From contig OX597815.1 of assembly GCA_951406725.2 (NCBI GenBank), positions 10,974,001-11,038,000 on the forward strand: a DNA stretch of 64,000 bases, in the 5' to 3' direction. Numbering within the stretch: the first letter of the stretch is position 1; each line of letters opens with the position of its first letter. The notes under the pieces are model-generated. The model saw only the letters and a program-made list of their open reading frames with translations. It was not told where the DNA came from and made no database searches. Made by a program: the position numbers and the translations under genes. Of this stretch, positions 1 to 56,920 are shown one piece after another. The DNA comes from Octopus vulgaris (Eukaryota).

Positions 1-335
1 TGGGGGAGCATCATAGCCATGTGTTGAGAGGGATTCTTTGGGGTTTGAATAGTTCACCTCTGGAAACATGGGTGGTTCTTTCAACATCCTTAAACAACCC
101 TTATTCAGGGTCGTTTTGAGCGGGATGGGCTACTCAACTTGAAGAAAATTCTAACTGGGCCCCACCTGCAAGGTCATGTGCTGTTTATCTTGATATGAGA
201 TCACCATGTCGCGCACATATGGTTTTGATGCATGTGCCTGGTGTACCTTTATCAGACGGGTAGTCATGATGGGTATATTGGGCTTCGTATATTTTACCCC
301 AGTGTCACTTTGATGGCATGAACTGCTCTCTCACA
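1..335. mobile_element. Dispersed repeat abutting (AAT)n; second copy at about 880-1180
   Basis: Two similar copies (ttcacctctggaaacatgggt...ctttgatggcatg...ctctctcac), each followed by (AAT)n; family unassigned. Confidence 0.65.
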
Positions 336-336
336 C

Positions 337-404
337 AATAATAATAATAATAATAATGATAATAATAAAATAAATAATAAAAATAATAATAATAAAAATA
401 ATAA

Positions 405-451
<47 letters not shown>

Positions 452-521
452 GTAGTAGTAGTGGTAGTAGTAATAATAATAATAATAATAATGATAATAA
501 TAAAATAAATAATAAAAATAA

Positions 522-563
<42 letters not shown>

Positions 564-606
564 TAATAATAAAATAAATAATAAAAATAATAATAATAAA
601 AATAAA

Positions 607-651
<45 letters not shown>

Positions 652-690
652 TATAAAAATAAAAATAACAATAATAATAATAATAATAAT
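337..690. repeat. (AAT)n microsatellite (also 1466-1623, 2716-2980 with GAT, 7745-7966 with CAA/CGA, 39047-39102)
   Basis: Direct reading; source of poly-I/L/N/D pseudo-ORFs. Confidence 0.95.
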
Positions 691-1200
691 ATTTTTTTTA
701 GACATTCACTAGTACAACACCAAAGAAAAAAACAAATATATGGTACACGGCATAACAACATCACGAACTTCCAACCTGTTGTCTCTTGAGGTCTCTTGGT
801 GAGACTTGGAGCCAACTTGTACAAATATAAAGCAAAATTCAAACGTAGAATAATAATAATAAGTGGTCCCCCACTTATTATAGCCCTGTGTTGAAAGGAA
901 TTATTAGAGGTTTGGATAATTCACCTTTGGAAACATGGGTGTTTCGTTCAACATCCTTAAACAACCCTTATTCAGGGACCTTTTGAGCGGGATGGGTTAC
1001 TCGACCAGAAGAAAATTCTAACTGGGCCCCACCTGCGAGGAGATCAACATGTCGCGCACATATGGTTGTGATGCATGTGCCTAGTGTACCCTTATCAGAC
1101 GGGTAGTGATGATGGGTATACTGGGCTTCGTATATTTTACCCCAGTGTCACTTTGATGGCATGCACTGCTCTCTCACTCAATAATAATAATAATAATAAT

Positions 1201-1461
1201 CTAAAAACAGAAACAATTCCTATCATAGTAGGTGCATTAGGCATGATAGAAAAATATTCAGACAAATACATAACAAAAACACCAGGACTTATAAACACAT
1301 ATAACATACAGAAAATTGCACTACTAGGCACTGCACACATCCTACGCAAAACACTTCCATACAATAACCATCAGAGCATCACAACAAATCACAGCACATA
1401 CCTAAGGCACACAGAGCTGCGCTCGGTAGTGAAGTGAAAGCACGCTATAAAAATAAAACTA

Positions 1462-1465
<4 letters not shown>
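1201..1465 (+). mobile_element. 5'-truncated R4/Dong-like LINE 3' end (restriction-like endonuclease C-terminus) in (AAT)n
   Basis: IPIIVGALG...QKIALLGTAHILRK C-terminal motif, flanked both sides by AAT repeats. Confidence 0.8.
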
Positions 1466-1529
<64 letters not shown>

Positions 1530-1552
1530 TAATAATAATAATAATAACAATA

Positions 1553-1614
<62 letters not shown>

Positions 1615-1623
1615 TGTAATAAT

Positions 1624-1885
1624 ATGAATGAACACAAGATGAAAGAAAAGTACAGGAAAGAGTATTTGAGGAGAACCTGGCTTGCGTTTCAATCGAAGTT
1701 AAATGGCCGCTATAAGATTAGGGCAATTAACACGTGGGCGGTTGCTATGATGAGATATGACGTACGAAGTGTATCTTGGAAGAAGCATGAATTACAAGTG
1801 TTAGACCAGAAAACACGTAAATTAATGACAATGAACAAGGAACTACACCATAAGAGTGATGTGTCAAGATTCTATGTAAAGAGGA
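1624..1885 (+). mobile_element. R4/Dong-like LINE RT C-terminal fragment
   Basis: EYLRR...SKLNG...KIRAINTWAV...W...EL..LD.KTRKLMTM...HHKSDV.R.Y motif. Confidence 0.8.
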
Positions 1886-2735
1886 TAGTTCTTAATTACT
1901 GGCGATATTGATGATATAACTTGTCTTTCCGTTTCATCATTCGTTACAAACATTACATATATGGTCACGTAGTTACTTCCTCATTTCACAGAGAATATAC
2001 CATTCCGTTAATCGGCAAATGCTGGCTGCAATTCCTCTTTAAAACGGCACGATGAAGGCCCCTTTGTCTTCCAAAATGCGATCAGTTATTTACTTTGTAT
2101 TTTGCTATTCGTCAAGGGACTGCGTTATAAATCCATTTCTCGTTGTCACGAAAATTTGCTTGGCTGATTCGTATCAATGATCCGTTAATTCGATGAGATA
2201 TAACAAAACAAAAAGAAGGCTTTCTTTGTTTTATAATTCGATATCTCTAATTAGTCTTTTGCTTGAGGGAAAGCGCGTGCGTGCTGATTATAGCTGCCCG
2301 GCTAAGAAAACTCACGTGTGTACTTTATAATTGCTGTTGAATATATCGTTTTTGTAATATCTACTTCAGTGCAGATGTTTTCGGCCATTAAATTATTGTT
2401 TTGGTGTTGAAAACGCCTACATTTTCTCGTATGGTTTCCTTCGTCTTGACGGTTTTCTGTACTCTTAGAAACATTTGAAGTTTTTGGGAGACGTTAACTC
2501 TTCGTCGACTCGTAGGAAGTTCTTATTAAGTTGAATGTAAGCACAAAAACTAATGTTTTAAAAAATCTTTCTTTTTCTCTTCTTATACAGGGAAAGATAT
2601 CTAGAGACGTTCCAGAAGGATTTTTTGCAAGAGGTATTCAAAACGAAATATTCTTTTCTTTTCAGAAATGCTTGAAAAAACAACAAATTGGTACCTCTTT
2701 TCGCCTCGTATGCACATAATAATAATAATAATAAC

Positions 2736-2766
<31 letters not shown>

Positions 2767-2801
2767 GTGATAATAATAATAATAATATTAATGATGATGA
2801 C

Positions 2802-2842
<41 letters not shown>

Positions 2843-2913
2843 CGACGACGACGATGATGATGATGATGATGATAATGATGATGATGATAATGATAATGAT
2901 GATGATGATGATG

Positions 2914-2973
<60 letters not shown>

Positions 2974-2980
2974 TTAATAA

Positions 2981-3606
2981 TGAGTTGGGGTATGATCTAG
3001 GAAGTGGTAACGGAAAACTGAACCACTTGCTATTCATGGACGACTTGAAGTTGTTCACTAAAAGTGAAGCAGAACTGGACAGCCGAGTCCAGTCTGTGTC
3101 GATTTTCTCAAGTAATATTAAGATGGAGTTTGGACTCTCAAAATCTGATACGATGGTGATGAGACGAGGAAAGCTTGTCAGGAAAGAAGGCATATGTATG
3201 CCAAGTGGTGAAATGATAAAGGCAATTGAACCTCGATCCAGTTATAAATGCCCGGGATACTTGAGGGGTATGGAATTAAACACTACGATATGAAATAAAA
3301 GACGGAGTACCTGCGGTGAGTAAGAATAAATATTGACTTCAAAGCTGAATGTTAGAAACAAAATTTCGGCAATAAACTCGCGCGCAGTCGCCGTAGTTCA
3401 GTATGGCGCTGGAATCCTGAAATGGAGAGAGGAGGAGGAGCTAAAAGAGTAGGACAGGAAGACAAGAAAGCTCCATCATTCACGTGCAGACTCTGGTTGC
3501 CTATATATAAAGAGAGCAAACGGAGGAATGGGACTGATAAGTGTGGAGGACTGCGTAAGTATCGAATCCGTGAGCTTAATGAGATACGTATCTCAAAGTA
3601 AGGAAA
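2981..3606 (+). mobile_element. R4/Dong-like LINE RT fragment, degraded
   Basis: NHLLFMDDLKLF, MEFGLSK, later GGMGLISVEDCV; stops and frameshifts; starts directly after (AAT)n. Confidence 0.85.
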
Positions 3607-3609
3607 CCG

Positions 3610-4740
3610 TATTTGGCTCCTTCTCCTCCTCTTTTATACTTGTTTGGCCATCAAGCTTCCATGATGTCTATTTGCATTATGACTTTTTATTTTGTCTGCT
3701 TTTGTTCTTATCTTTCTCTTCGTGTAATTCTCCAGCTACGGTATTTGGTATTGTGCCTCGCTGGTTGTCTTCTATATCGTGTATGTTTATAGTAGAATTA
3801 TGTTTTGGCATGATAGCATATAAGTTTCTTGTTTAGGATGATCTTGAGGTCATCTTTGCATATGTCTTTGGACGACCGGAAGCCTAATGTCTTTGTCTAG
3901 TTTCTCTGGAATCAATTTTCATTGATTTTCTTTGATTTGTATTTTTCGTTGTAGTTTTGTTTTCATAATGAATTTTTCTCCATAGTTTTTTCGTAAATAG
4001 TTTTTTCCCACGTTTTCGTGGATTTTTTCTCTTCTCATTTGATGTCTTCTTTCCATAGTTGTAGTTTTTCTTGACTTTGACTATCACTTCGTTCTGAGAT
4101 TTCAGCAAACATAACTGCATCAGCTGTTTTGAATTTTTCTTCATATCGTACTTTAAGTGATTGAAGAAAGAGTACTTCTGGTTCCAGGCGGCATAGTGCT
4201 ACGTTTGACCGTATTGTTGTCTCTTCTAGCTTTTCACCCTTTATAAAGAAGATTAGATTTTCCATGTTTCACCAATTTTGGTAGGTGTTGGCTAAGTTAT
4301 CACCTTGAAGGCTTTTTCTGCATGCATGTTTGCGTTGATTTAGAAGTTTATTACAGAGTTATGGTTTCACTGGTTTTCGTTTTACTATATCAAATTTTGT
4401 TCCTATCTTGCAAAGTTCTCTTTGAAATAGAGGTGGTTTCTTGGTAGAATCTATATCATTGGTTCTTATCGCCGGAGTATTTTAAAGAACAGTTCTTTGC
4501 GCATGAATATCATTCACAACATTATCTATAACGGTGAAAACTGTGCTGAGTTTTGAGATAAGTAGATTCAGCATACTAGATATTTCTGTGAGGAATTCTT
4601 CCTCGCTTTCCGGTATCCCTCGATTGTGAGTCAGGATGTGACTTGAAGTAAATTTGGTTGCAATTCCTAGCAGATCTAGCATCCTTGTAAGGCTTTCTCA
4701 TTTGCTATATAGTATTTTAGTATTCTTCATTGATGCTTCT
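3610..4740 (-). mobile_element. Degraded coding-like segment, possibly LINE ORF1 (coiled-coil-like), unclassified
   Basis: Fragmented minus-strand frame (LEETTIRSNVALCRLE...LKVRYEEKFK...LWKEDIK*EEKKS..W) interrupting the R4 fragment; family not confirmed. Confidence 0.35.
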
Positions 4741-5299
4741 AAACACTTCTCGTTAAGCAATCATTGCGAAGAAAATTGAACCATCAGCTAACAGAAGATA
4801 AAATCTGAAGCTGTGTCTATTTCCCACCACACTCCTTCCCAGACAATTTAGAAGTTGGGGTTTCTATGTAGTCACTTGCCATACAAGAAATGATAGATAA
4901 ATCTCTCTCAAATCACATCAACCGCTTAAAAAAGAAAAGACACGTTAGATTGCGTAAGCAATTCCACTATGATATATATATATTATATTAAATTATATAT
5001 AAAATCACTATTGACCAAATCAAACAATGAAAAACCGACCAATACATAAAATTAATTAATTTATATTATTTTAAATATATATCAAAAGTCTTTTATTAAA
5101 CTTTTAATACTTTTGATATATATTTAAAATAATATAAATTAATTAATTTTAGTAGTGGTTAAGTTTTTCATTGTTTGATTTGCCTAATAGTGGTTTTATC
5201 TGTAATTTAATATAATAAAATATTTTACTATAAAATTGGATTCAATCCTAAATCTGATTTTTCGACCTGTAAGTTTGGATTTATTCCCTAATATTTTAT

Positions 5300-5350
<51 letters not shown>

Positions 5351-5701
5351 GGGTGTAAAAGGTATTCGTATCTAGGAGACCCAAAGAGTGGCAGGTAATG
5401 CTAAGTAAGTGCTAAGGACAGACCATATTTAAACTCTTTGTTCAATCGTGATACGAGTGAGGAGTTTAATGTGGGTCATGTATTAGCCTGCATATATATA
5501 TATATATAGACAAGAACAGATAATAAATCAAGGCTGTAAGGAGTTTTCAGGACGTTTGTTAGGAAAGAGAGAGAGAGAGAGAGAGTCTTACAACTGTTTC
5601 TGGGATATTATGGATGTCCCAGAAACACCTGTAAGATTATATCTTTTTCCTTATAAAGTCCTGTAAATTCCTCACAGCCTTGGCTTTGTTATCTGTTCTT
5701 G

Positions 5702-5739
<38 letters not shown>

Positions 5740-7150
5740 TAATAAATAAAATAAAACATATGCATATATACATACATATATGTACGTACCTACATCTACA
5801 TGTATATATACAAGCATATATGAGTACAGGACACCAAAAAAACGTCGAACACAATGAGAAACGAAAACATAACACAAAACCAAGGAAATGGACATTTTTC
5901 TTAAACAACAAAAAAATAGAGTACAGGACATACAATACAAGGGAAAATTCCCTTCTTCAGTCGCCTTTGTTTCATCTACTGCACGTTTCGAAGGTGAAGG
6001 CGATACATGACTTTGATGAAACATTCCCTCCCGCGAAAAGCAAATTGAATAAAATTTGAGATTTTTTGCGGAGGGGTAAAAATGGTAACAAAAACAGGAC
6101 AGTAATGACAGTACAAAATATAAACAGTAAAAGACAGGACAAGGAGAATAACAGTAACACAGACAAGAAGGGCTGTTAAGCCGAACGAGATAATACATAT
6201 ATATATGTATAATGTAGTCTAAGATATCTCTCAATAAAAGAAAGACTGCATGATCACGGCTGGAAAGCCTTTGATCTGGTGGGAGGTAAGCTGAACAATA
6301 AAATCAGTAGTAAAACAAAAATCACCACGAATCATCCTCTTCCCCTCCTCCTTCCTCACTCCGACCTTTTGCTCGTTTCCTCTTCCTCGCCCATCTGGCT
6401 TTCCCCTCTCTTTCTCTTTATATTGTCTTATCCACCAGTCGCTGAGGCTCCGTACTGTTTTGACTGGGCAGCGTTTTTTTTTCATACACTGTGGTCAATT
6501 ATCCGAGATAATTGTTAACAGGATCTAAACTGATACAGAAGAATCAAATCTCGTATTAATCACAGTTTGGTGTACCTAAGATATAGTTAGCAAGACGAGG
6601 ACAATAATTTAACAAGCAATTTAGTAAATCAGAGGTGACTTAGATGAAACGGACTTAAATGTCTCCTTTAAAAGATCTTTTAACGCTCTCTGAGATTGTA
6701 TCGGCATTGACATGCGTATTAATGATTTCTAATATTGTCCACAACATCAACAGCAGCAACAGCAATAATAATGATGAACAATTCCTAATATCGGCTTTGA
6801 CATAATGTCACTTCTCTTGTAGCATAACGATGCAATAAATTGAATTCTGTAATCTCTATTGCGGCCTTGGCCACGAGGCAGTTGTATTATCCCTTGCTGA
6901 AGACAATTAATAAAGTGGGTGGTTATTTTTAGAACATTTTAATGCCAAGAGATAAAATTTAGTGTTCATATGGTGATTTCTCACATATGTAGCACTGTAA
7001 GTTGTAATTATTTGATAAAACTTTCCTCTAGTGCTTTTAAAATTCAAAATAACTAAACGAAATAACCTACAACACGATTTTAAACTGCGTAGACAATGCG
7101 GAGTGGATGAGAATTATTATCTGTAAAGCCAAGATATAATACAACAACAA

Positions 7151-7380
7151 GGCGGCGAACTGGCAGACACGTTAGCGTGCCGGGCGAAATGCTTAGCGCT
7201 AGTTCGTCTGTCGTTACGTTCTGAGTTCAAATTCCGCCGAGGTCGACTTTGCCTTTCATCCTTTCGGGATCGATAAATAAAGTACCAGTTTCGCACTGGG
7301 TTTGATGTAATCGACTTAATCCCTTTATCTGTCCTTGTTTGTCCCCTCTATGTTTAGCCCCTTGTGGGTAGTAAAGAAAT
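7151..7380 (+). mobile_element. tRNA-derived SINE family A (head ggcggcgagctggcagaa)
   Basis: B-box-like gagttcaaattc, central gtcgactttgcctttcatcctttcggggtcga; other copies about 15560-15755(-), 16960-17192(-), 22140-22282(-), 22440-22707(-), 24788-25023(+), 25686-26040(+), 42781-42843, 48210-48297, 53485-53712(+). Confidence 0.9.
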
Positions 7381-7772
7381 ATATAATAGAACAACAATAT
7401 TCAAGTAGGTGGAGTTTAATAGATTTCAGCAACCCCAGGTCATGACTAAGGTATACGTTAGTGACCCTGAAAAGGTGAACGGCAAAGCTGAATCCAAACC
7501 CAAGTAATAGCATTCTAATGATGTAATTGGAAGAGGAGAGTAACAGCAATGGTCCTTTTCAGGATCTCTAAGACCGATGGAAAGAGACAAGCTAATCTTA
7601 AACAGCAAACAACTCTTTATGCTTACAACAGAGCGAGCCCTGCTACAAAGCTCTAAGGTCCACTTGGTGGTGCTAACCAGTGGATTGTTTAAATTTACTA
7701 CCTACGAGGGGGTACTGAAGTACCTACCGTAGTAACAGGTCCACATTATTTAAATAATAATAATGATAAAAT

Positions 7773-7888
<116 letters not shown>

Positions 7889-7926
7889 CGACGACGACGA
7901 CGACGACGACGATGATGATGATGATG

Positions 7927-7963
<37 letters not shown>

Positions 7964-7969
<6 letters not shown>

Positions 7970-8335
7970 GAGCACTCAGAGAGCGCAAACCTCCGCGAAG
8001 GAAACACAAATTTCCTCTCAACAATTTGCCGCAGGTAATTTTTAAAATGAGATTATCTGAAATAAACTCGATTGCTCTGACAAACGAAAATACTAAAAAT
8101 GAACCCGACCGCTTTCAAAAATTAAGTAAAAAACAGGAAAAATGATCCAGAATCCTTGTCCTGTACCGGATCGTCCCAAAATCTAATCAATTCGTGCTAG
8201 TCACAAGGCCAAACATCCCTGAAGGTGTTACTCGAATCCATTGAGCGATTCTTGAGATATCTTGTCGACGGACAAACAAACAAACAAACACGACTGAAAA
8301 CAATACCTCCGCCTTCGCTAAGGCGGAGGTAATAA
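7964..8335. mobile_element. Helentron/DINE-1-like non-autonomous element
   Basis: Terminal hairpin acctccgccttcgctaaggcggaggt, subterminal acctccgc at about 7989, (caaa)n tract, inserted in AAT repeats. Confidence 0.55.
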
Positions 8336-9014
8336 TAAATGTTGTTGTAACAGACTAAAGTAATGAAGTCTCCGATCGACATGAATTTTCCTTGTCTCGG
8401 CTAAAAAATTTGACAAGTTCAGAAATTATAAAGATTTGCTCATTGAAATCGAAAACGCGGCATCTCAAGGCGGTTACAATATCAGTGATTGTAGGAAAAC
8501 TAGGAATGATATAAAAAAAAAAGAACTGGAAATTATCTGAAAATGATCTCTGTCTTACCATCCTGGCAAGATGAGAAAAAGATTGTTAGACGTATTGAGG
8601 AAAGCACTGTCGCTGTGAGAACGATTACCATCCAAGTAATTTTTGTTTTTATAAATGACTTCATTTGATTTTGTAAATAATTAATCTGGTGTGTTTATTT
8701 TCATGGCTTATCAGTATATACAGAGAGTTTCTTTGCCTTAGGTGTCGGGAAGACTCTCGGCAAGAAATGGTAACAAAGTTGAAAGAAGAAAAACTCAATA
8801 ATAATAAGAATCATAACCGTGAGTACACAATAATTTCTCTATATCTCTGATAATTTCCCCAGTCCTGACGAATGAAAGACATAGGTTAAACAGTTCAAAC
8901 AGAAATACCAATAATTTTATATCAATAATACGAAAACATCTGAAGAATTTTAGATTAGAATTGTATCTAAATATAATGAACTGAAATTGTTGCCAGTAAA
9001 ATTTTGGTACTTAC

Positions 9015-52932
<43,918 letters not shown>

Positions 52933-53281
52933 AAATACCTGCAAAATGGTGCGGAAATTTACATCTAAGTTAAGTGACTCAGGAGGATGGAATCTAAATG
53001 TAGATATTAAAGACGGAAATCATGAATGTTAAATTTATTGCATTCTTCTGTTAAAGTGTAATTATTTTAAGCTGCAATTAGAATTATTGGATGCAATGAA
53101 ACAAGAAAAGTTATGTTTGGTAAAATAATTATCTTTTGCTTGTTAGTCTCTCAAGTATGAATTCTCACATATATACATATACTTGCATATATTAGTATAT
53201 GTATGTAATCTATGCACATATGCATTTGCGAATGTATATATCTATATTTTTATATCTGACTCCGTCTCTCTCTCTCTCTGT

Positions 53282-53379
<98 letters not shown>

Positions 53380-54482
53380 ATATCTTTATATCTGTATATG
53401 TATATCTATGTATGTATATCTGTATGAATCATCCGCAGTATGCACTGCTATTTCAGTTCTTTGATATATACAAATGGGTTATAAAGGCGGCAAGCTGGCT
53501 GAAACGTTAGCGTGCCGGGTGAAATCTTAGCGGTATTTCGGCTGCGTTACGTTCTGAGTTCAAATTCCGCCGAGGTCGACTTTGCCTTTCATCCTTTCGG
53601 GGTCGATAAATTAAGTACCAGTTACGCACTGGGGTCGATGTAATCGACTTAATACCTATGTCTGTCCTTGTTTGTCCTCTCTATGTTTAGCCCCTTGTGC
53701 GCAATAAAGAAATATATATGAATGGATTAGTCCGGTATTGAAAAGGCAAACCTCTATGGTTGGAATATAGACGAAACAGTCAAGAAGTACACGGCAAATG
53801 TTAGAAATAATCTTGCCTTTTTCAAAATTCCCACTTAAAAGTAAATTTACCTAATACAAGTAAAATGGTCTGTCTCTTTACCTGAAAACCAAGATTTCAG
53901 AGGTGATTTTATAGACGTTTATTAAGCTTCTTCATTTCCTTATTGATAGCAGTTTCAGGCTTTATTTTGTCTGTAATCTCGCTCAACAGAAAGGTTATAA
54001 AGAAAACCCGAGAAAAAAAAAATTAATGAAAAATACTGGTCTGCTATTTTCATCATCTTTGCGCAACCACTCATCCTTTACATTTTAAGAATATTCTAGA
54101 TATGGTAATCAACTGTAGAGTATGATACAGAGAAGTGGGCAAAAGTGGATTAATGGATGTGATATTTCTTGTTAAATTATTTGAATTATTTCTATAAAAA
54201 AGTAACTAGTCCAATTCCTAGAATATAACTATGTCACCAAGAATGGCAAAGAATTACAAGGGGAAATTCAGAAAAATCTTGCATATTTTTTCACTTTTCC
54301 TTACTAAGTTTATTTATTATATATAGAACGTGTTTGGTGGCCTCTATTTTACTTTTTTTGAAAATTCCAGATTTACGAAATTTCCACTAAGACTCCTCAT
54401 AATAGCCATGATCAGGAATACTAATAATTGTAAATGAGAATGTATGATTATTTAGGCGAAAATGTGAATTTATAACTTATTT

Positions 54483-55149
54483 CTAAGTTTTGAAACAGTT
54501 GTCCGTAAATGTTCTCCAGACCCAAACACGTCCACTGTCTGAAAATAATGCAAATCTGGATTCATCTGAGAAAATCACTCTATCCCAAAATGAACTGGAT
54601 TTTTCTGACATCTCCTTAGCCCATTTCTTTCTGTTCATGATATTAATTGGTTGAAGGAGATGTTTTCTTCTAGATGCTCGTCCATAATACCTAATCTTAC
54701 GCAGATATGTAACACACGTTCTAACAACTAACTGTTTTGCAATGTCAGAAGCCTTTGAAAGCGGTTCATTTTCCACAATTCTCTTCAAACTTCCTTTCCG
54801 AGGGCCCAGGTAGGCCGGGACGAGAATCTGTTGATTCTTTTCCATGGCTTTTGAATTGCACTATAATTCTATTAACAGTAGCAAGAGGAATTTGAAGATT
54901 TTCGGCAATTTTTCGCTTGCTAAGACCAGCCTCAGATTGCCCAACAATATGACCTCTTTGAAAATCTGACAGTTCTGCTGAATTTTTTGTGCATGGCATG
55001 GTTACTCTTCACAAATGTTTAATATAATGGCACCTGGAATGAAAAAGAATAATTACATTGTAAATTTTACACCGCTGAAAACATTAAGACGCTTAGATCA
55101 GAAATTTTGAAAATTAAAGGTGTCTATTTACTTCCTGCATGTCTGTGTA
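54483..55149 (-). mobile_element. Tc1-like transposon remnant (frameshifted, truncated transposase)
   Basis: HTH region [12 protein letters not shown]...IAENL.IP..TV and [12 protein letters not shown] first catalytic D motif. Confidence 0.9.
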
Positions 55150-55395
55150 CATACATATAAACATGGCGCCGTTTAAAAAGTCCGTTTTGAACGTCTTCCT
55201 CTAGAAATATACCACTTTCTCCGTCCTGAATCGGTAACTGGTTCATTTCTCCAATAATTGATAAGAGAAACACCTTTTGGTCGCCATCGTAGCGCTATCC
55301 TGAACAGATTTTAAAGTATGCATCTACTTCACGTGAAATCTCGGTAACACGATTATGGCTGAAACTTACACCACCACAGATGAAACTAACAACGT

Positions 55396-55477
55396 CACCA
55401 CCGATGAAAGCAGAACTACTTCACCACCGATGAAAGCAGAACTACTTCACCTCCGATGAAAGCAGAACTACTTCACC
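55396..55477. repeat. 26-bp minisatellite x3 (caccaccgatgaaagcagaactactt)
   Basis: Unit starts 55396, 55422, 55448, partial 55474. Confidence 0.9.
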
Positions 55478-55999
55478 AGTAATTTATTTAAGAAGACGTA
55501 AGTAGTCTTCTCATTTGACTTGGGCTGAACAACCAAACTAAGATTTACTTCGGTGTTGTGAAAAAGCCCGAGGTGACCCTTCAATCGGATACATGAAGCA
55601 GTTAAACAGTACTGGGACAAAGCTCAACCCAACTTGAATACCTTCATGGTGAAACAGCTCCGATAACAAGCATTTTTTGTAAAAAAAAAAACCAAACAAA
55701 TCAACTGGTCCCCGATCCTCCCAAATCACTGAAAATAGGTGTTTTAATCTGCCAGGAGCGGCGTAAAAAATTATGTAAATAAACCACCACTCACACCATC
55801 ACTGAATTCAAGTGTTACCAAATTTGGCTGATCCAGTAGCGAAGACTGCGGAATGTACCAGACTCAAACATTTTAAGATTAGAATTCGCAAAAAAGTTTG
55901 CTACTTTCTCGAAGCTTTCATTGAGCAACAGACTATTCTCGACAAGAGGGAGAAAAAAATCCGACCGATCGAATGTTTAAGGTTATGAACAATGTTGCT

Positions 56000-56920
56000 G
56001 GAGAGCACGTGAAATCATCTGATGTTAATTACTGGAGTATTAATTCTCTTATATACACAACCGCTTTTACTATTAAATAATACCTAGGAGAAATCTACAG
56101 TGAACAAAGTAACGAAATTACTAAATGAAAACAACCTAGATGGAAATCAAAACTTGAAGAAAACATCAATAATGTATGCCGCCTTATTGGATGGTTAACA
56201 ACAACAATAAAATGTAAGGAGAAAAATGAGTTTACATCTCATCAATTCCACCTTAGAAAAACGTAATGAAACTTTATGGCAACTCTTCACATCGAGCTCT
56301 TGAGGGAAAGCTAATCATTTTGAAACATGAACTCAGGACGTTGAGCGAGAAACTCCGCTATCGTATGCGAAGTTTTGAGCGAACCAGTGTCAATCGCAAG
56401 TTTGTTTCCAGCCCACGAGCATTATACAGAGAGATGAGGAAGGAAAATATTACCATTAAGAAAGCTCCCTCCCAAGAAGATCTACAATTATTCTGGTCAA
56501 AAATTTGGAACGAAAAGAGGGATTTCAACCTGAATGTATCATGGTTAAATACAATTGAGAGAGAATACTGTACCAACACTAACAGTAAAGCATACAAAAC
56601 TGATGCAAAAACCTTCTTTCTAGCAGTAGGCAAACTACAGAATGGTAAGTCACCTGGAAAGGACCTAATAGTTGGATATTGGTACAAGAAGCTCACATTT
56701 TATACAAACCAATTGATATCTATGTTCAAAAGGACTATGGAAGGTCAGACTGATATACCAAAACTTGCGACAGCAAGGACAAATCTTGTCAAAAACGGAA
56801 TCACCGAGATGGCTGGAAACTACAGGCCCGCTGCTTGCCCTAACATTATGTACAGACTGTACACAAGTTGCCTCAACCAATTCCTCCTGGACAATTGTGA
56901 GTCGAACAACATTGTGACTA
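56000..56920 (+). mobile_element. R4/Dong-like LINE ORF fragment (N-terminal RT region)
   Basis: ORF 56266-57090: FWSKIW, NGKSPGKDLIVGYWYKKL, NYRPAAC.NIMYRLYTS; ends in (CA)n. Confidence 0.85.

Noticed and set aside
2316-2390. Candidate tenth LRR exon (gtgagt donor)
   Set aside because: No acceptor at 72/75 nt, an in-frame stop and no LRR consensus. Candidates at about 6985 and 7627 fail likewise; no hinge DGISS-type exon found in 1-9000.
5940-6000. Hammerhead-like words (GAAACG, CUGAAGA) on the minus strand; similar at about 39553 and 61084
   Set aside because: Could not build consistent stems in the required order.
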